A DNA stretch of 48,325 nt, counting the filler, from Sphacelaria rigidula (Eukaryota), in the NCBI GenBank assembly GCA_964200075.2. It is 2 parts of 2 records of this genome, joined end to end, with 100 filler letters (N's around TTAATTAATTAA, not from the genome) between each part and the next. Parts side by side here need not be neighbours in the genome. Positions count along the whole stretch, not along the records: positions 24,214 to 48,325 come from CAXNAA020000224.1; 1 more part is not named here. One strand, 5' to 3'. The position numbers were made by a program, and so were the translations under genes. Below the pieces are notes generated by a model that was not told the origin of the DNA, searched no databases, and saw only the letters and a list, made by a program, of their open reading frames with translations. Positions within the stretch are counted from its first letter, which is position 1. Every line of letters begins with the position of its first letter. Shown here one piece after another: positions 37,501 through 48,325 of the stretch.

Positions 37501-40500
37501 GATCTAAACCATCGCCTTCTTTAAGGTATTTCGAAAACATCGCAATATTTCCGTTAATTTCGAACTCAGGACGGTGGAACACGAAGGTGGCAAAAAGCCT
37601 CATTCCAACCTCTTACAATATCGTACGAGCTCCATGTCGAATATGAATATCCATGTGGGATGTTCGTCCGGAATCTTGGGTCCATCAGGGATGTCCATCC
37701 GGTATATGGACGTGCATCTGGCATATCCATTTGAAATATTCCTTTGACAATTCCATTTGGAATCTCAGTACGAGTTTGTAACGTAAGATCGTGCAAAATC
37801 CATCTGGGATTGGTGATCCATTTGGAATATGGGTGTTTATTTGGGATGTTCTTCCGACTGCAGATGTGGGCGGCCAAAGGTAAATTCTCTTTTTACTTCA
37901 GAAAAGGGGATCAAATATAATCCACACGTAAAATTTGGCGTATATATTCCGCAAGGACATGTCCCAGGTGGATATATATATCCGTGGTGATATCTATATC
38001 CCCGGTGGGCGTCTGTCTGTAATAGCTGCCACTTTAGTAGGGCATTCCAGGAGCATGTCCTACATGGATGTCTATATCCTTTGGTGGACATCCACCTGGA
38101 ATATCCCTGATTCAGATGGATACCCCTGAAAGTCCGACATCCCAGATGGATTTTCTTCCACCAGATGCATATCTCAGATAGATTTCTACGTGTTCAGAGG
38201 TCAACTCAACTGGATGTCCCCATCCTAGATGGATATCCGCATCCAAGATGGATGCCCACGTATTAGATGGCTACTAACATACTTCCTCTGTCTTATGAGT
38301 AAAGTCGGCTATGGGTTGCAGATCATATATCCCCAACGGAGGTGCCTACAATACCATAGTCACGTTCTTGAAAACCAAAGCGACGGAGACGCTCAAAGGA
38401 GGAAAATAATGGATTCACAACTATCAAGAACTTTCAGGACGACATTGCCCATACTTTGAGAAATTTCTGTTTCAGATTGTTTTTAGAATTGTTCACGATC
38501 CCAAGTAATTTTTGGCGTTTAATCACCAAGTACCAAGCTCTAGATGCCGTGACAACGTTGGAAGCGACTAGTAGTGCAGCAGGATATCGCGAGCTCCCAC
38601 ACGGGAAAAAAGAAAGGATTTTTTGTGTCTGCGGGGATTGGACGGGGTTGGATGGTAGAGCTTGTGACTCCGCCCTCCCAGTCGCCTGACTTGAGCATGA
38701 ACGACTTGGGCTTGTTTGCATCTCTCAAGTCAATGGTATAGAGGATGAACGCCACTTCGGCAGACGAGTCAGTGGAGATTATCTTTGAGCAATATGAAGG
38801 GTACGACGGAAACACGTTAGAAAAGGGTTTGGGAGAGCCTCCTCAAGGTTTACAACCGAACACCCCGTAAGTTAGGCGACACCGACTCCCGTGTGAAGCA
38901 TACCGGGATTGCGGCGCGGTAGACGGCGGGAACGTGGGAAAGGGTGGTGAAATACGATAATGAGGCCTTCACTGAGGCCTGGGATTATCTAGCATCAAGT
39001 TCCAATGACGGCCAGGACGACAAAATGCTTTATTTTGCACGTTTCCCCTCCGCCGGAGTAGGGACGAAATGCGGCTATTTCCGGGGCGACTGATTCTCGG
39101 CCGTTGGCCAACATGAGGTTGTGCGCGAGAAAAATGGAAACGGTTTTAACCCAGATAATCTAAATGGTTTCCACCTCATTATCGCCAAACGCATCGGACA
39201 CGGTTTGAAGTCCGTGCAAGCATACCCGATTTTACTTGTGGGACAGGGGGAGTATGAAATAAATACTCCAGATACATCTGACATCCCAGATGAATGTCCA
39301 CATCCTAGGTGAATGCCTTCACCCCAGTCGGACGTTGCACGACAGAAGCTGCCCCCCCCCCAATCTCACATCCACGTGGGATCTTCTACTTGGACGTTCA
39401 TCTCTGCGTATACAGCGCGATACCAATCAGCGCGCGTTAGCAGATACGTGTGCTTGGCCAGCACACTGTGAACCACTCTTAACTGCACGTGCGAGATCAG
39501 TTGTACGCCGCACACTACATGGTGCACGACCAACATGCGCTACAGTAGCCCAGGCATTTGGTCTACCACCGAACACTGCACAGCACTGTGCCAGTGCAAG
39601 CTTACCCAGGTATGTGATCACCACAGCATAATTTATGCATGAAAGTGGGTCAGGGTCAGGGTGATTGGCGTCCAGTTGGGCGGTCGATCTTCATCTGAGA
39701 TACAGGTGCTGATCTGCGGTGTTGATCTGGAATTTCGTCTGGAACATGTAGTGGTGAAGTCAACCTGGGATGTTGTGGGATATAGACGTGTATGCTGGAC
39801 GTCCACCTGCAATATCCCCCTAGGACGTGGACCTGCGACATCCCACATGGACATCCAACCTCGTCGATGATATTTTCCACACGCTGGTTCCCACCAACAA
39901 CTGAACTCAATGAAAAGCCATGTACCAGATTTAACCTAATATCCCAGATGAACCTCGGATGGGTATCCGTATCTCAGATGAACTTACACGTGGGACATCA
40001 CAACATCCCCGATGGATGTAAGATCCCAGGTGGGCGTCCCAAGCGGATATCAATATCCCAGTTTCTCCATAAATTAGTCTGCATCGTGATTCGGGGCACA
40101 TCACATTAAACAGATTCATCTGCATTACAGTCGTCACTACTACAGCAGCGCATCCGTGGTAACCTTGGTATGTCCTTCCAGTTCACCACCACGACAAAAT
40201 GAAGTACAAATGCTTATAGCACTGTACGCTGTCAAGAACTCGGCGAGTGTACGTAAGCGATGTGTGGGTTGAAGTTAGTTAACGAACGCTTTCAATATCG
40301 GTGGATGCCAAGGAGGTACTTGCGTCAGACTCATCATGATTGTGAACGACAACTCACTGCGCGTGCACCACGAATCTCAACACAAACCCTACTAGTAGTA
40401 GCCTTGAGATGCAACACCGAGTGGGGCATCGTGCAAAGTCGGGTGGAGAGAGTGGTTTCACTCTGGCGGAAGTTGTTATCGTGCAATCAGGCGTCATCAA

Positions 40501-43500
40501 CTCGACCGGCGGGTGCTACCGTACACTCCGCAAAAACATATAGGGACAATGAACGTGCCTGGGATCTCCCGTTTCTGGAATAGTCATGCTGGTTTGCCAA
40601 TTCCCCCGCCAGCGTTCCTGTATCCTTTTTGCTTCCACAGAAAATCAACGTAGGCTTTCCGGCGGAGTACCTTGTGCCAAGTGGGTGCAATGGGCGAGAA
40701 GAATAAATCACAAGTTTGAGAAGTGGCACCGTCTAAATCAGCATTAGCATCTCAGTATTTATCTGAATCCACTGCACCTACACCAGCGGTGCAAGCTACG
40801 TGTGCAGCACATTGCCCTGCACTTACGCAGCTCTTTTCCTCCGCAAAAGGGTCATACTTGTGAATCGGCGTGGAAGCACACTGAATGGGGTACAGCCATA
40901 TGAAACCATGTACCAGATCGAAGCAGCGGAGTATGGTCCCCCTCGATGACGAGATCTAATTATGTCACTACATATAGAGTAGTCCCCTGGGCACTCACGG
41001 TCTCCGCTCCTGAAACCCTACTCCGTGCCCATCGTTCGCATACAAAAAGCTATGATGGCAAGTCCCCTGTCGTGTCTCAACGCCCATCAAGACAAAAGGT
41101 AATGCTTTCAACTTTGCAGGACATTGCGTGCATGCTGTCAATTTTTTTTGCTACCGTTGACCTTGCTGAAAACCTAGCAGCCCATGAGCTGCGGTGTTCC
41201 AGCAATGTTATGATTCCAGCCGGAGCACCCGAAGAGGGGAAACACGTAACACACAATGAAACATAGAATGGTACGCGGTTGCTACTAAGAAACACACAGA
41301 ATGGAACACATTACCGCCATGCCCGGCATATACTTGCTCGCCTCGCACTATCTTCTACCATAAATAGAAAAATGACAGAAGCTACCACCGTGTAGTCACC
41401 GCCTCTTGGAATCAGAATATTCCAGTCAACTTGCAGTAAACACCATCATTACTATCTATCCGGGTAGATCACATGTTCACACCTTGCCACTATTCCCCAC
41501 ACATGCTTGTTGAGACCGCGGTCAAACAGGAAAGGATTGTCGCCTGCGGTATAGCCCATGATATGGGTCTGCCAATCAGAAAACGCGCACAAGGGGGATT
41601 GGTATGGCAACCTCGCATGCAATCGTGTCAAAGCTCAGCACGAGAATGGCAGAACGGAGCGGTCGGCGCCGATAGAACTGAGCGATCAAAACCTATTTCG
41701 GCGAACGCAACCAAGGGTGCTTCGCAGGCTATCTCAGCAAGACCTGAAATCTACGATAGCGCTGTCGTCTACTCTACGTGGTGCGACTCGGGTCTGGAGC
41801 CTTGTATTATTGTGCAACCTCTATCGGGAACATCATATCCATATGGAATATCTATTGATATCACCCGGGACATCGCTGTGGGATATCAATATCCCCCTAG
41901 GATGTCCATCTGAGGTGCTAGCTTGGGAAATCCATCTGGGTGTCCATGTTCCAGATGGTATCCATATCCCAGACGGACATCCCAGATGGCTATTGATGTC
42001 TCCGATATCGCAGATAGATTTCCTAGATCGAGGTTGCACGATAATGAAAGACTGTGCTCGTGCAGGCGCAGGCCTGGTCTATATTCCTTACAGTACATCT
42101 TTTGATGAAACAAATCAATCGCACTTTGCAATGTCGAGACCATGGCTGGGTTTCTCCACAACGTGGTGCCAGGAACCACACCTTGCAGTCTCTTTGAGTG
42201 AGCGTTGGAGTTTTCAACACTAGTGTATTGGATTCATCGTCCGACGGCAAAGCTATGCGGCGATGCCGTGCTCGATAACCCCATCGTCGTATCCTTAACT
42301 TCGCCAGATTGTATTTGGAAGCAGAGGTTCCGCTTCCCTTTGATTGCGTTCTGCGACGCTCAACAACTCGATAATCAGATTCACCGTTCGACGGTAAACA
42401 TCCGCGACGATACGACACTTGACCGTGAGGGTTCAGTAAACTGGGCTGAAAATGGTATGTGATGTGTTACCCGTTTGTCCTGACCATTAGAGTATGACAT
42501 CAACGCTCTAGTAGCGCTTTTCCCTATATGCGTTCACATTTGTCATATTCAGCACACTCGTGAGACCTTGCCTACCACTCTCAATTATACGTGCATATGA
42601 GCACTTATGTGCGTGACAGTTCAGTAAACTGGGCTGAAAATGTGTTACCCATTTGTCCTAGCCGTCAGAGTATGACGTCAACGCTCTAGTAGTGCTTTAC
42701 CCTATATGCGTTCTCATTGGTCATATTCAACAACACTCGTTAGACTTTGCCTACCACTCTCAATTATACGTGCATATGAGCATTTGTGTGCACAGACAAT
42801 GCCAGCTAAGCACGGCCGGAGTCCCCCCCCCCCTCCCTCTCCATCTTTTGAGCGTTTCCGTCACCTGCAACGGAACAGGTCGGTACTCAGGCCCAAACCG
42901 GAACACTTCCCCTCCGATGAACTCTCCGATGTCCGCGGCATTGGGCAGGGTTGCTGACAAAGCCAGAAGCCGCATGCAAGACGCCGGTAGACCCATGGAG
43001 ACCACCTTGCCACAAATCGGATAGACGAGATATTCGGGGCTTGTGCTGATGATGGGGAAATCGAGAAAAAATATGCGTATATGGCAATATTCCAAACTCG
43101 GCCTCCTAGTAAAATCGAAGGATACATATGATGAAAGTGCAACAACAAAAGCACATTTCATTGCTACGATCGCACATGCGTTGTCTTCCTCCGCACGCCT
43201 ACGTATACAGTGTACCACTGGCAGATGTCCATCGCATCGTACCACGTGCCAATACTCCATGTACATACCTCAGAGGAGCGAGCAATCGCCTTCATTCGAG
43301 TAAGGATGACCTCCAACGTAGCTCCTCGCTCTTCTCCAATGGTATGCACCTCGTCGATCAAAACCAGAGCCACGGTTCCAACCTTTAAATACCGAACCGT
43401 GGGAGGTGGGAACGAGACACGGATCTGAAGCGTCAAAGTGAGAATGGATAAACATTTCGCGGATAAACCATCTTTGAGTATACCAGTCCTGAGTCAGCCT

Positions 43501-46500
43501 CTCTTTTCAGTATTGTTGGCACAAACAAGCGGCGAAATATCTTCGGCTGCGGCCTTGTACCACTTCAATATAAATTAAGAACGATAGTCATCGATTACTA
43601 GTAGTACGGCAGGGTACGGCACAGCTGTATGTAGCGCTGTGACACAGACCAACGAGACTACTGCACACTTCCACGGAGCCACACACCAGAAACGCGTGCT
43701 CTTTCCATCGCCTGGTCACGCTGTCCCACTTTTCAGGCGTCGTCACGATGATGTTCGCCGACGCAAGATCGCGCAGAGAGCCGCTGGAAGTTGTGGAATC
43801 GCTCGTCAGCTCCGCCAGTCTCACCCCGAGGGGAGAAAACTTGGTGTTCCAGTCTTCCAAGGTCTGCTGACAAAGAGCCTGTACATTTCATTGAGGCAGT
43901 TGAAGCGCATCTTACGCGGGCGCCCTGTGGTTGAGTCAGGACACTACGTGGTACACGCCGATTGATGGCATTTTTGTCACTAAAAAGAGTAAAACGGCAA
44001 GCTTAGACACTTTTCGCATGACGAATGCGTTGCGAGAGGGAATGTGGGAGGCAACTGCGGACCTCCAATATCTGTTGACGAGGAGCCGGTTGAGCGTCAG
44101 TTTCACGAAGACGACGAACGAAGCTCCGAGCTTCGAATGACGCACCGGTATAAACCTTGGAACGTCAATAATTGGTGGAGGTACATAAGGTTAAGCTTTG
44201 AAAGATATAGCTCACATCTCATCCGCAAACCCGTAAGATATATCACTGTATCGAGACGTAAGGTGTGTTATCAACATTTGAATCACGAAGCAGCGCAATG
44301 GCTACACGGTGTGTCACTCAGTTGAATGAAACTTTAAACACGAAGATTCGAAAAGTGCATGAGCTGTACCCGAACAAATGACTGCTTAAGCAAATGCGCT
44401 CTCTGCGCCGTTACGGTGAGGGGAAAATGCGCTGTTCAGGACTGCTGAAGTAGCTGAAATGAAGCAGTGAGCTGCCGAAGCACTCGAACTTATTCGATGA
44501 CAAATTAAAAAGCAATTCGTGCTAGAACATGCAGGAGTCGAGGGAACACTGACCTACCACAAACATGACGGTAAAAGTTCGCCTCTCGTCGCCCCGGACG
44601 ATTGAGCAACATAACCCGGTCGCGACAGCACCCTACACCGTACTATGATGCCATCAACAACGTGCAGCGGCGACAAACAGATGAAGCGTATCTGTCCTAT
44701 GGAACTCCAGTTGAATTAAAAGAAATCTTCGAACTATCCTACCGGGCTTACCTTGGTTGGAGAGATGTAGATTATCTTTCTGTTGCCGAGGCTCATGCCA
44801 GACTCCTGAAGAAGGCGAACCACTGCCATCTCCAACATCACAGTCTACGGAAACGCAAGATAACGAGGATAAGTGGGCCCCATTCCACGTGCTTGACTCC
44901 GCCATAGCCGGCGTTTGATGTGGTCAGTGGGTGAGTAGAGCAGAACCGTGCGCTGCTAATACTTTTCAATCCTCGACCTAACTGTTGGTTTCTGATGCGT
45001 GGGCTCTGGTGACTACGAGTAAGTATCCAATTTGTAAAGTGATGTCGTGTAGTCGTGTCTACCAAGACATTACTACAATATGATGAGGAATCAAATGTCA
45101 CGCGTCTTGGTGCCGTTCTATGTTGGCGGAACTGCTCGGTCAAAATCCTCCGTGACGTATATGCGCCTATGACGTCGTAGAGAGGAACGACAGAGCAACA
45201 CAACAAGGGTTCAAAAGCCATACCTTGCCACATCCAGTGGGTGCTGAAATAACGACGTTGCGATCAGTCTTGGCCACCGTCGGATGCAGTGCGCTTTGAA
45301 TCGAATTGAAGGTTTCAAATCCCCAAATCCTGTGGGCGTAATATCGAAGCGTAACCCTTTGAGTGATGGCAAGCACTTCGGGACATTCCTTGCATCATCA
45401 TTCGCGTTTGCGTGTCAACTTACACAGTTATGTGGTGGTATGTTTCCATACGATATAGCCTCTACTCTATTCGCGGTCGAAGTGCTAGCGTTGTCGTATC
45501 CCGTACCAACGACCACGGTCAGAGAACGACACCTTGCAACAGGAAGGGGGAGCTCGAACGTTGCACCCCCGCGCCACCCAACGCGTTTTTATGTCATATT
45601 CATTTATCGTAGAAAACTGTTGACGAGCGCACAACGCTTTTCGGAGTGTTCGTGTTACTCTCCTTCCATCTCGCGACGCGAACCCTAGACAACCAACTAG
45701 TTTCCCCAAGCACGCCCAACGGAGAGTAAACTATGGGGGATGCAGCCAACAACGGCGAGCTGGTGCTGCACAAGAATAGTGTGCCAAGTTCTATACGACT
45801 GAATGGTCCACTGCGCAGTACGGACGGCCAATTGCGAGGAATCCTTGAGTGCTAGCGAACGTACGCCTTCCCACATATATTCTACCCTAGAGGGGCGAGG
45901 TCAAACAAATGCATATCAACCTATCCATCGCTTCATGGGTGATTTAAATCAGCAGCAAGGCGCGCAAACGACTAACCTGCTCAGCTCCAGCGAGTACACA
46001 TCTCGTACATTCACCGATCCAGGCGGCCGCATCATTTTAATGTTGTCGGTGGTAAACCCACCTCCTACCGCCCCTTGTGATGGGTAACCTACAGCCCCGG
46101 CTATATTCCAACGTCCGTTGGAAAATGAAGACGATCCATGTGAATCATCAGGGGTGACAGTTGCCAAGCGCGCGGTTGTACTTGTATAGCTCGCGCTTCT
46201 CCGTACAGAAGATTGCGAATACGGGTTGGGTGCCGGCAACGACTGTCGGCTGCCACCTCCACCTGATGCTATGGAGTATCTTGGTATTTCCATCCGCCCA
46301 CCTGTACCGAAAGAGTAACGACAACAACATGTCTCGTATGACATGTAAACGGGTCACAGCATGAGAAAAACGTCTTCGGACAACATGAGTGTAGCTGTAT
46401 CACTCTGTTTAATGGGTGAATGAAACGATCAACGGAAGAGACTGCATACATGAAGCCACACCCGTGTGCGTCGGTCGAGCGACACGAGGATATACTTGGC

Positions 46501-47598
46501 TACGTCATACACATCTTCCGACGATGTTTGATCTCATGGTCGGCAGATACCCCCGGATACAACTAACCGTTGATAATAGACCCCAATGCCGCCCCTGAGT
46601 TTCTGGAAGATAATTCCTGCACTCAGATGAAACAAGACCAACAAGGACACGTCCGCACCAGGTTTTTCCGATTGATCCGGCGTCACAAACGGTCCATGGG
46701 ACCGAAACGACTCTTTCTCAGCCATCAGACGGCAACCACTGCCGTCACCACCCCCGCGAACCTGACGCAGCTCATTCTCGTACAATTCCCTCGTGCAGTT
46801 TTTGCTGCCGTCATTCTCCTCTCCTACACTCTGAGATCTCATCATCGTCGCATCTCCAAGTGCTTCCTTCCGGCGGGATGTATGGCTGGGCAAGCGTACG
46901 TTGGTAACGATGCTTCTACCACCATTTGATGTCGCTCCACGTTTCCCCCGCCGCCTGTCCCTGACCTCAACACCAGCCTCATACGCTGTTCGCGCGGGAA
47001 ACTCGCGGTTACGCACTATCATCATATCGTCGTAAACTCCGCATTCGGCCAACTCTTTCTGTATATTCCTCGAACGCTCGTCGCTCTCGGCGCCGTTTTT
47101 CTTTGGAGAGCCAGCACCGTCATCACCATCTCTCCCGTATGCAGAGTCATCGGAATCGTCCCCGAAATCCATATCCATTCGCAATTGCGGTCTCACCAAC
47201 CTTCTCTCAGATCTCAGGAGCCTGGATGTGGTAGCATCTCGATCTGCAGCTCCGCTATTGGTCACTGCCGTGTCTTTTCTGCCCTTCATAGCGGATGACT
47301 TCTTTCCAAGCTGGCTGGGGAGCATGTTGTAGTCGCTGCGCGTCTTGGTGTCTGCGTTGCCCGCGGAGATGTGGGTAAATGTATTGGTTCCACCACCAGG
47401 ACTCTTCTGGGGTGTCGTAACGGCTTGGGGTGGTAAAGTAGACTGCAGACTAGCAGAATATCCGTCGGAAGGGTCTAAAGGTAGACTCAAGGATATTCCC
47501 GACGATGTCACTCCATACTGTCCTTCGCCGCTAATTTCCTCGTCAACACCCTTGTATGAGAAGCGTAAAGTCCGTCTGGAACGGCCGTACGCTAGCAT
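25508..47598 (-). CDS. MER3: MER3/HFM1 meiotic ATP-dependent DNA helicase (Ski2-like DExH with Sec63 region), at least 21 exons, 3' end unresolved
   Basis: Phase-consistent exons: 47598-46659, 46301-45977, 45329-45224, 44844-44752, 43878-43687, 43382-43269, 43005-42865, 41568-41483, 40670-40559, 36916-36771, 36021-35902, 35066-34985, 34471-34379, 33729-33674, 33160-33043, 31924-31782, 30503-30362, 29002-28790, 27113-26966, 26203-26112, 25751-25508 (~1,235 codons). Motifs: APTGCGK, YISPTKAL, TTPEKWD, DEVH, SATLPN, RPVPL, PTLIFC, ATTTLAMGVNLPA, QMMGRAGRP, WIKSTFYYIR. There is a single helicase cassette. Confidence 0.88.
28790..30503 (-). CDS. MER3: MER3/HFM1 Sec63-region exons (30503-30362, 29002-28790)
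   Basis: VRRNEKRLLNELNMKVRFP...TPADK|ALALMQAALGGLQIEDW...RSVRLKMW. Confidence 0.85.
29108..29275. repeat. AT-rich (GATTAT)n/(TAT)n microsatellite in a MER3 intron
   Basis: The hexa- and trinucleotide repeats are directly visible. Confidence 0.9.
34985..35066 (-). CDS. MER3: MER3/HFM1 exon, motif VI
   Basis: SAILQMMGRAGRPGYDSAGVAVVMTSQ. Confidence 0.93.
35902..36021 (-). CDS. MER3: MER3/HFM1 exon, motif V
   Basis: LAVLVATTTLAMGVNLPARLVIIKGTNHY. Confidence 0.93.
37789..39342. mobile_element. TCGTGCAA...TTGCACGA element with GGATGTCC/CATCCCAGATG internal repeats, interrupted by a mariner-like insertion
   Basis: It has 8-bp inverted ends shared with the 41810-42041 element. The same repeat texture occurs on both sides of 38280-39254. 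Confidence 0.55.
38280..39254. mobile_element. Tc1/mariner (Stowaway-like ends) deleted element with TA TSD
   Basis: The left end TACTTCCTCTGTCTTATGAGTAAAGTCGGCTATG matches the reverse complement of the right end, TACTCCCCCTGTCCCACAAGTAAAATCGGGTATG (~40-bp imperfect TIR). The ends are related to the 428-975 MITE. Confidence 0.75.
39680..40065. repeat. Further GGATGT/GGATAT/ATCCCAGATG degenerate repeat block
   Basis: Same motif texture as 37640-38270 and 41830-42020. Confidence 0.6.
41810..42041. mobile_element. 232-bp MITE (TTGTGCAACCTC...GAGGTTGCACGA) flanked by TA
   Basis: 12-bp TIR with one mismatch, TA on both sides, and internal GGATATC/CATCCCAGATG repeats. Confidence 0.7.
42431..42798 (+). 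repeat. ~185-bp tandem duplication in a MER3 intron
   Basis: Two diverged copies each start GTTCAGTAAACTGGGCTGAAAATG and contain CCTACCACTCTCAATTATACGTGCATATGAGCA. Confidence 0.9.
42865..43005 (-). CDS. MER3: MER3/HFM1 exon, motif III
   Basis: MRLLALSATLPNAADIGEFIG...FGPEYRPVPLQ. Confidence 0.93.
43269..43382 (-). CDS. MER3: MER3/HFM1 exon, Walker B DEVH
   Basis: VGTVALVLIDEVHTIGEERGATLEVILTRMK. Confidence 0.93.
43687..43878 (-). CDS. MER3: MER3/HFM1 exon, motifs Ia-Ib
   Basis: ALCQQTLEDWNTKF...IIVTTPEKWDSVTRRWKEHAFL. Confidence 0.92.
45224..45329 (-). CDS. MER3: MER3/HFM1 exon, Q motif and Walker A
   Basis: IWGFETFNSIQSALHPTVAKTDRNVVISAPTGCGK; boundaries cacag|G and AAG|GTATGG. Confidence 0.92.
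46659..47598 (-). CDS. MER3: MER3/HFM1 probable first coding exon (disordered N-terminus)
   Basis: ATG at 47598, donor CCTG|GTGCGG. Its phase 1 matches the next exon 46301-45977. Confidence 0.65.
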
Positions 47599-48271
47599 GG
47601 ATCAGGTGCGCGAGTACCTGTGGTCCATCCAGAACGGCGAGAGTCGGCGCGAATAAATGTTAGTCGTAAGGATTGACAATTGAAAAATGGCATTCTGCGT
47701 CATATCAGCCCAACAGGATTTGCACTAGAAGACGAATAGGGCCAGTGAAGTGCCGACCCCCAATGTGTTAATTGATTGCGAATAGCTGAATCTAGCCATG
47801 CCGTGCGTTCGGCGTTGATGCACGTACTCCCCACCCGATCCTCTGCCTTGAACTGACCCATGAGAGTCATTTTTCATATATTACTTCGCTTCTGCCTGTA
47901 ATGGTGGTGTCTGTGTCTGCTGTGGTGGGAATATTCAGAATGTATACATGCGTGTGCTCTTGTGCGAGTGTTTATTTGCACATCCGTTGCCAGCGAAGGG
48001 GGACTTGCGCAGCGAATGATGGTGTCATGCACGTTTGGCACCACACTGCCAGCGTGGATCGGTTCGGAGGAAAGGTAGCGCAGTGCCACGTCGTAGCTGA
48101 AATGCCATCCTGCTATCAGGATGCGTCAAGCCCATGGATAGTTTACATCGCCGCAATCACATAGTTCGGTCGGGATAATCTGAGGCTCACAAAAAATTAT
48201 TCATACAAGCCGGTGCCCATAATGCCAGCTGCGCAGCTGCCAAGCAAACGACCTGTGACGGTTTAAGAGAC

Positions 48272-48325
48272 AACCAACTAGACTACTGACAAGTCAGCGC
48301 TGACTTGTCAGTAGTCTAGTTGGTT
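48272..48325. repeat. Perfect 54-bp palindrome reaching the window end
   Basis: AACCAACTAGACTACTGACAAGTCAGC|GCTGACTTGTCAGTAGTCTAGTTGGTT, with no spacer and no mismatch. Confidence 0.95.

Noticed and set aside
41558..42223. 221-aa + strand ORF
   Set aside because: It runs through a MITE in a MER3 intron on the antisense strand and has no protein-family signal.
25508..47598. Brr2/ASCC3 or HELQ identity for the helicase
   Set aside because: Only one helicase cassette followed by Sec63-type sequence is seen, and the motifs fit MER3/HFM1 better. Phylogeny is still needed.

Overview
This is eukaryotic genomic DNA, rich in introns and repeats. The gene architecture suggests a stramenopile, probably a brown alga (inference). 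I rebuilt two minus-strand genes by hand from splice sites and reading-frame phase. The first is a Zn(II)2Cys6 zinc-cluster transcription factor with at least 4 exons (3835-16971, about 1,465 codons; start exon not found). The second is a MER3/HFM1-type meiotic Ski2-like DExH helicase with a Sec63 region and at least 21 exons (25508-47598; 3' end unresolved; two apparent GC-AG introns). Introns and the intergenic DNA hold many non-autonomous DNA transposons: Stowaway/Tc1-mariner-like elements with TA target-site duplications (TSDs), a CACAC..TGGAC-ended family with 8-bp TSDs, TCGTGCAA-ended elements, and nested long inverted repeats. Also present are tRNA-like remnants, a LINE fragment, a 100-bp artificial scaffold spacer (24114-24213), and a perfect 54-bp palindrome at the window end. 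I found no prokaryotic-type system, CRISPR array or convincing novel multi-gene system.
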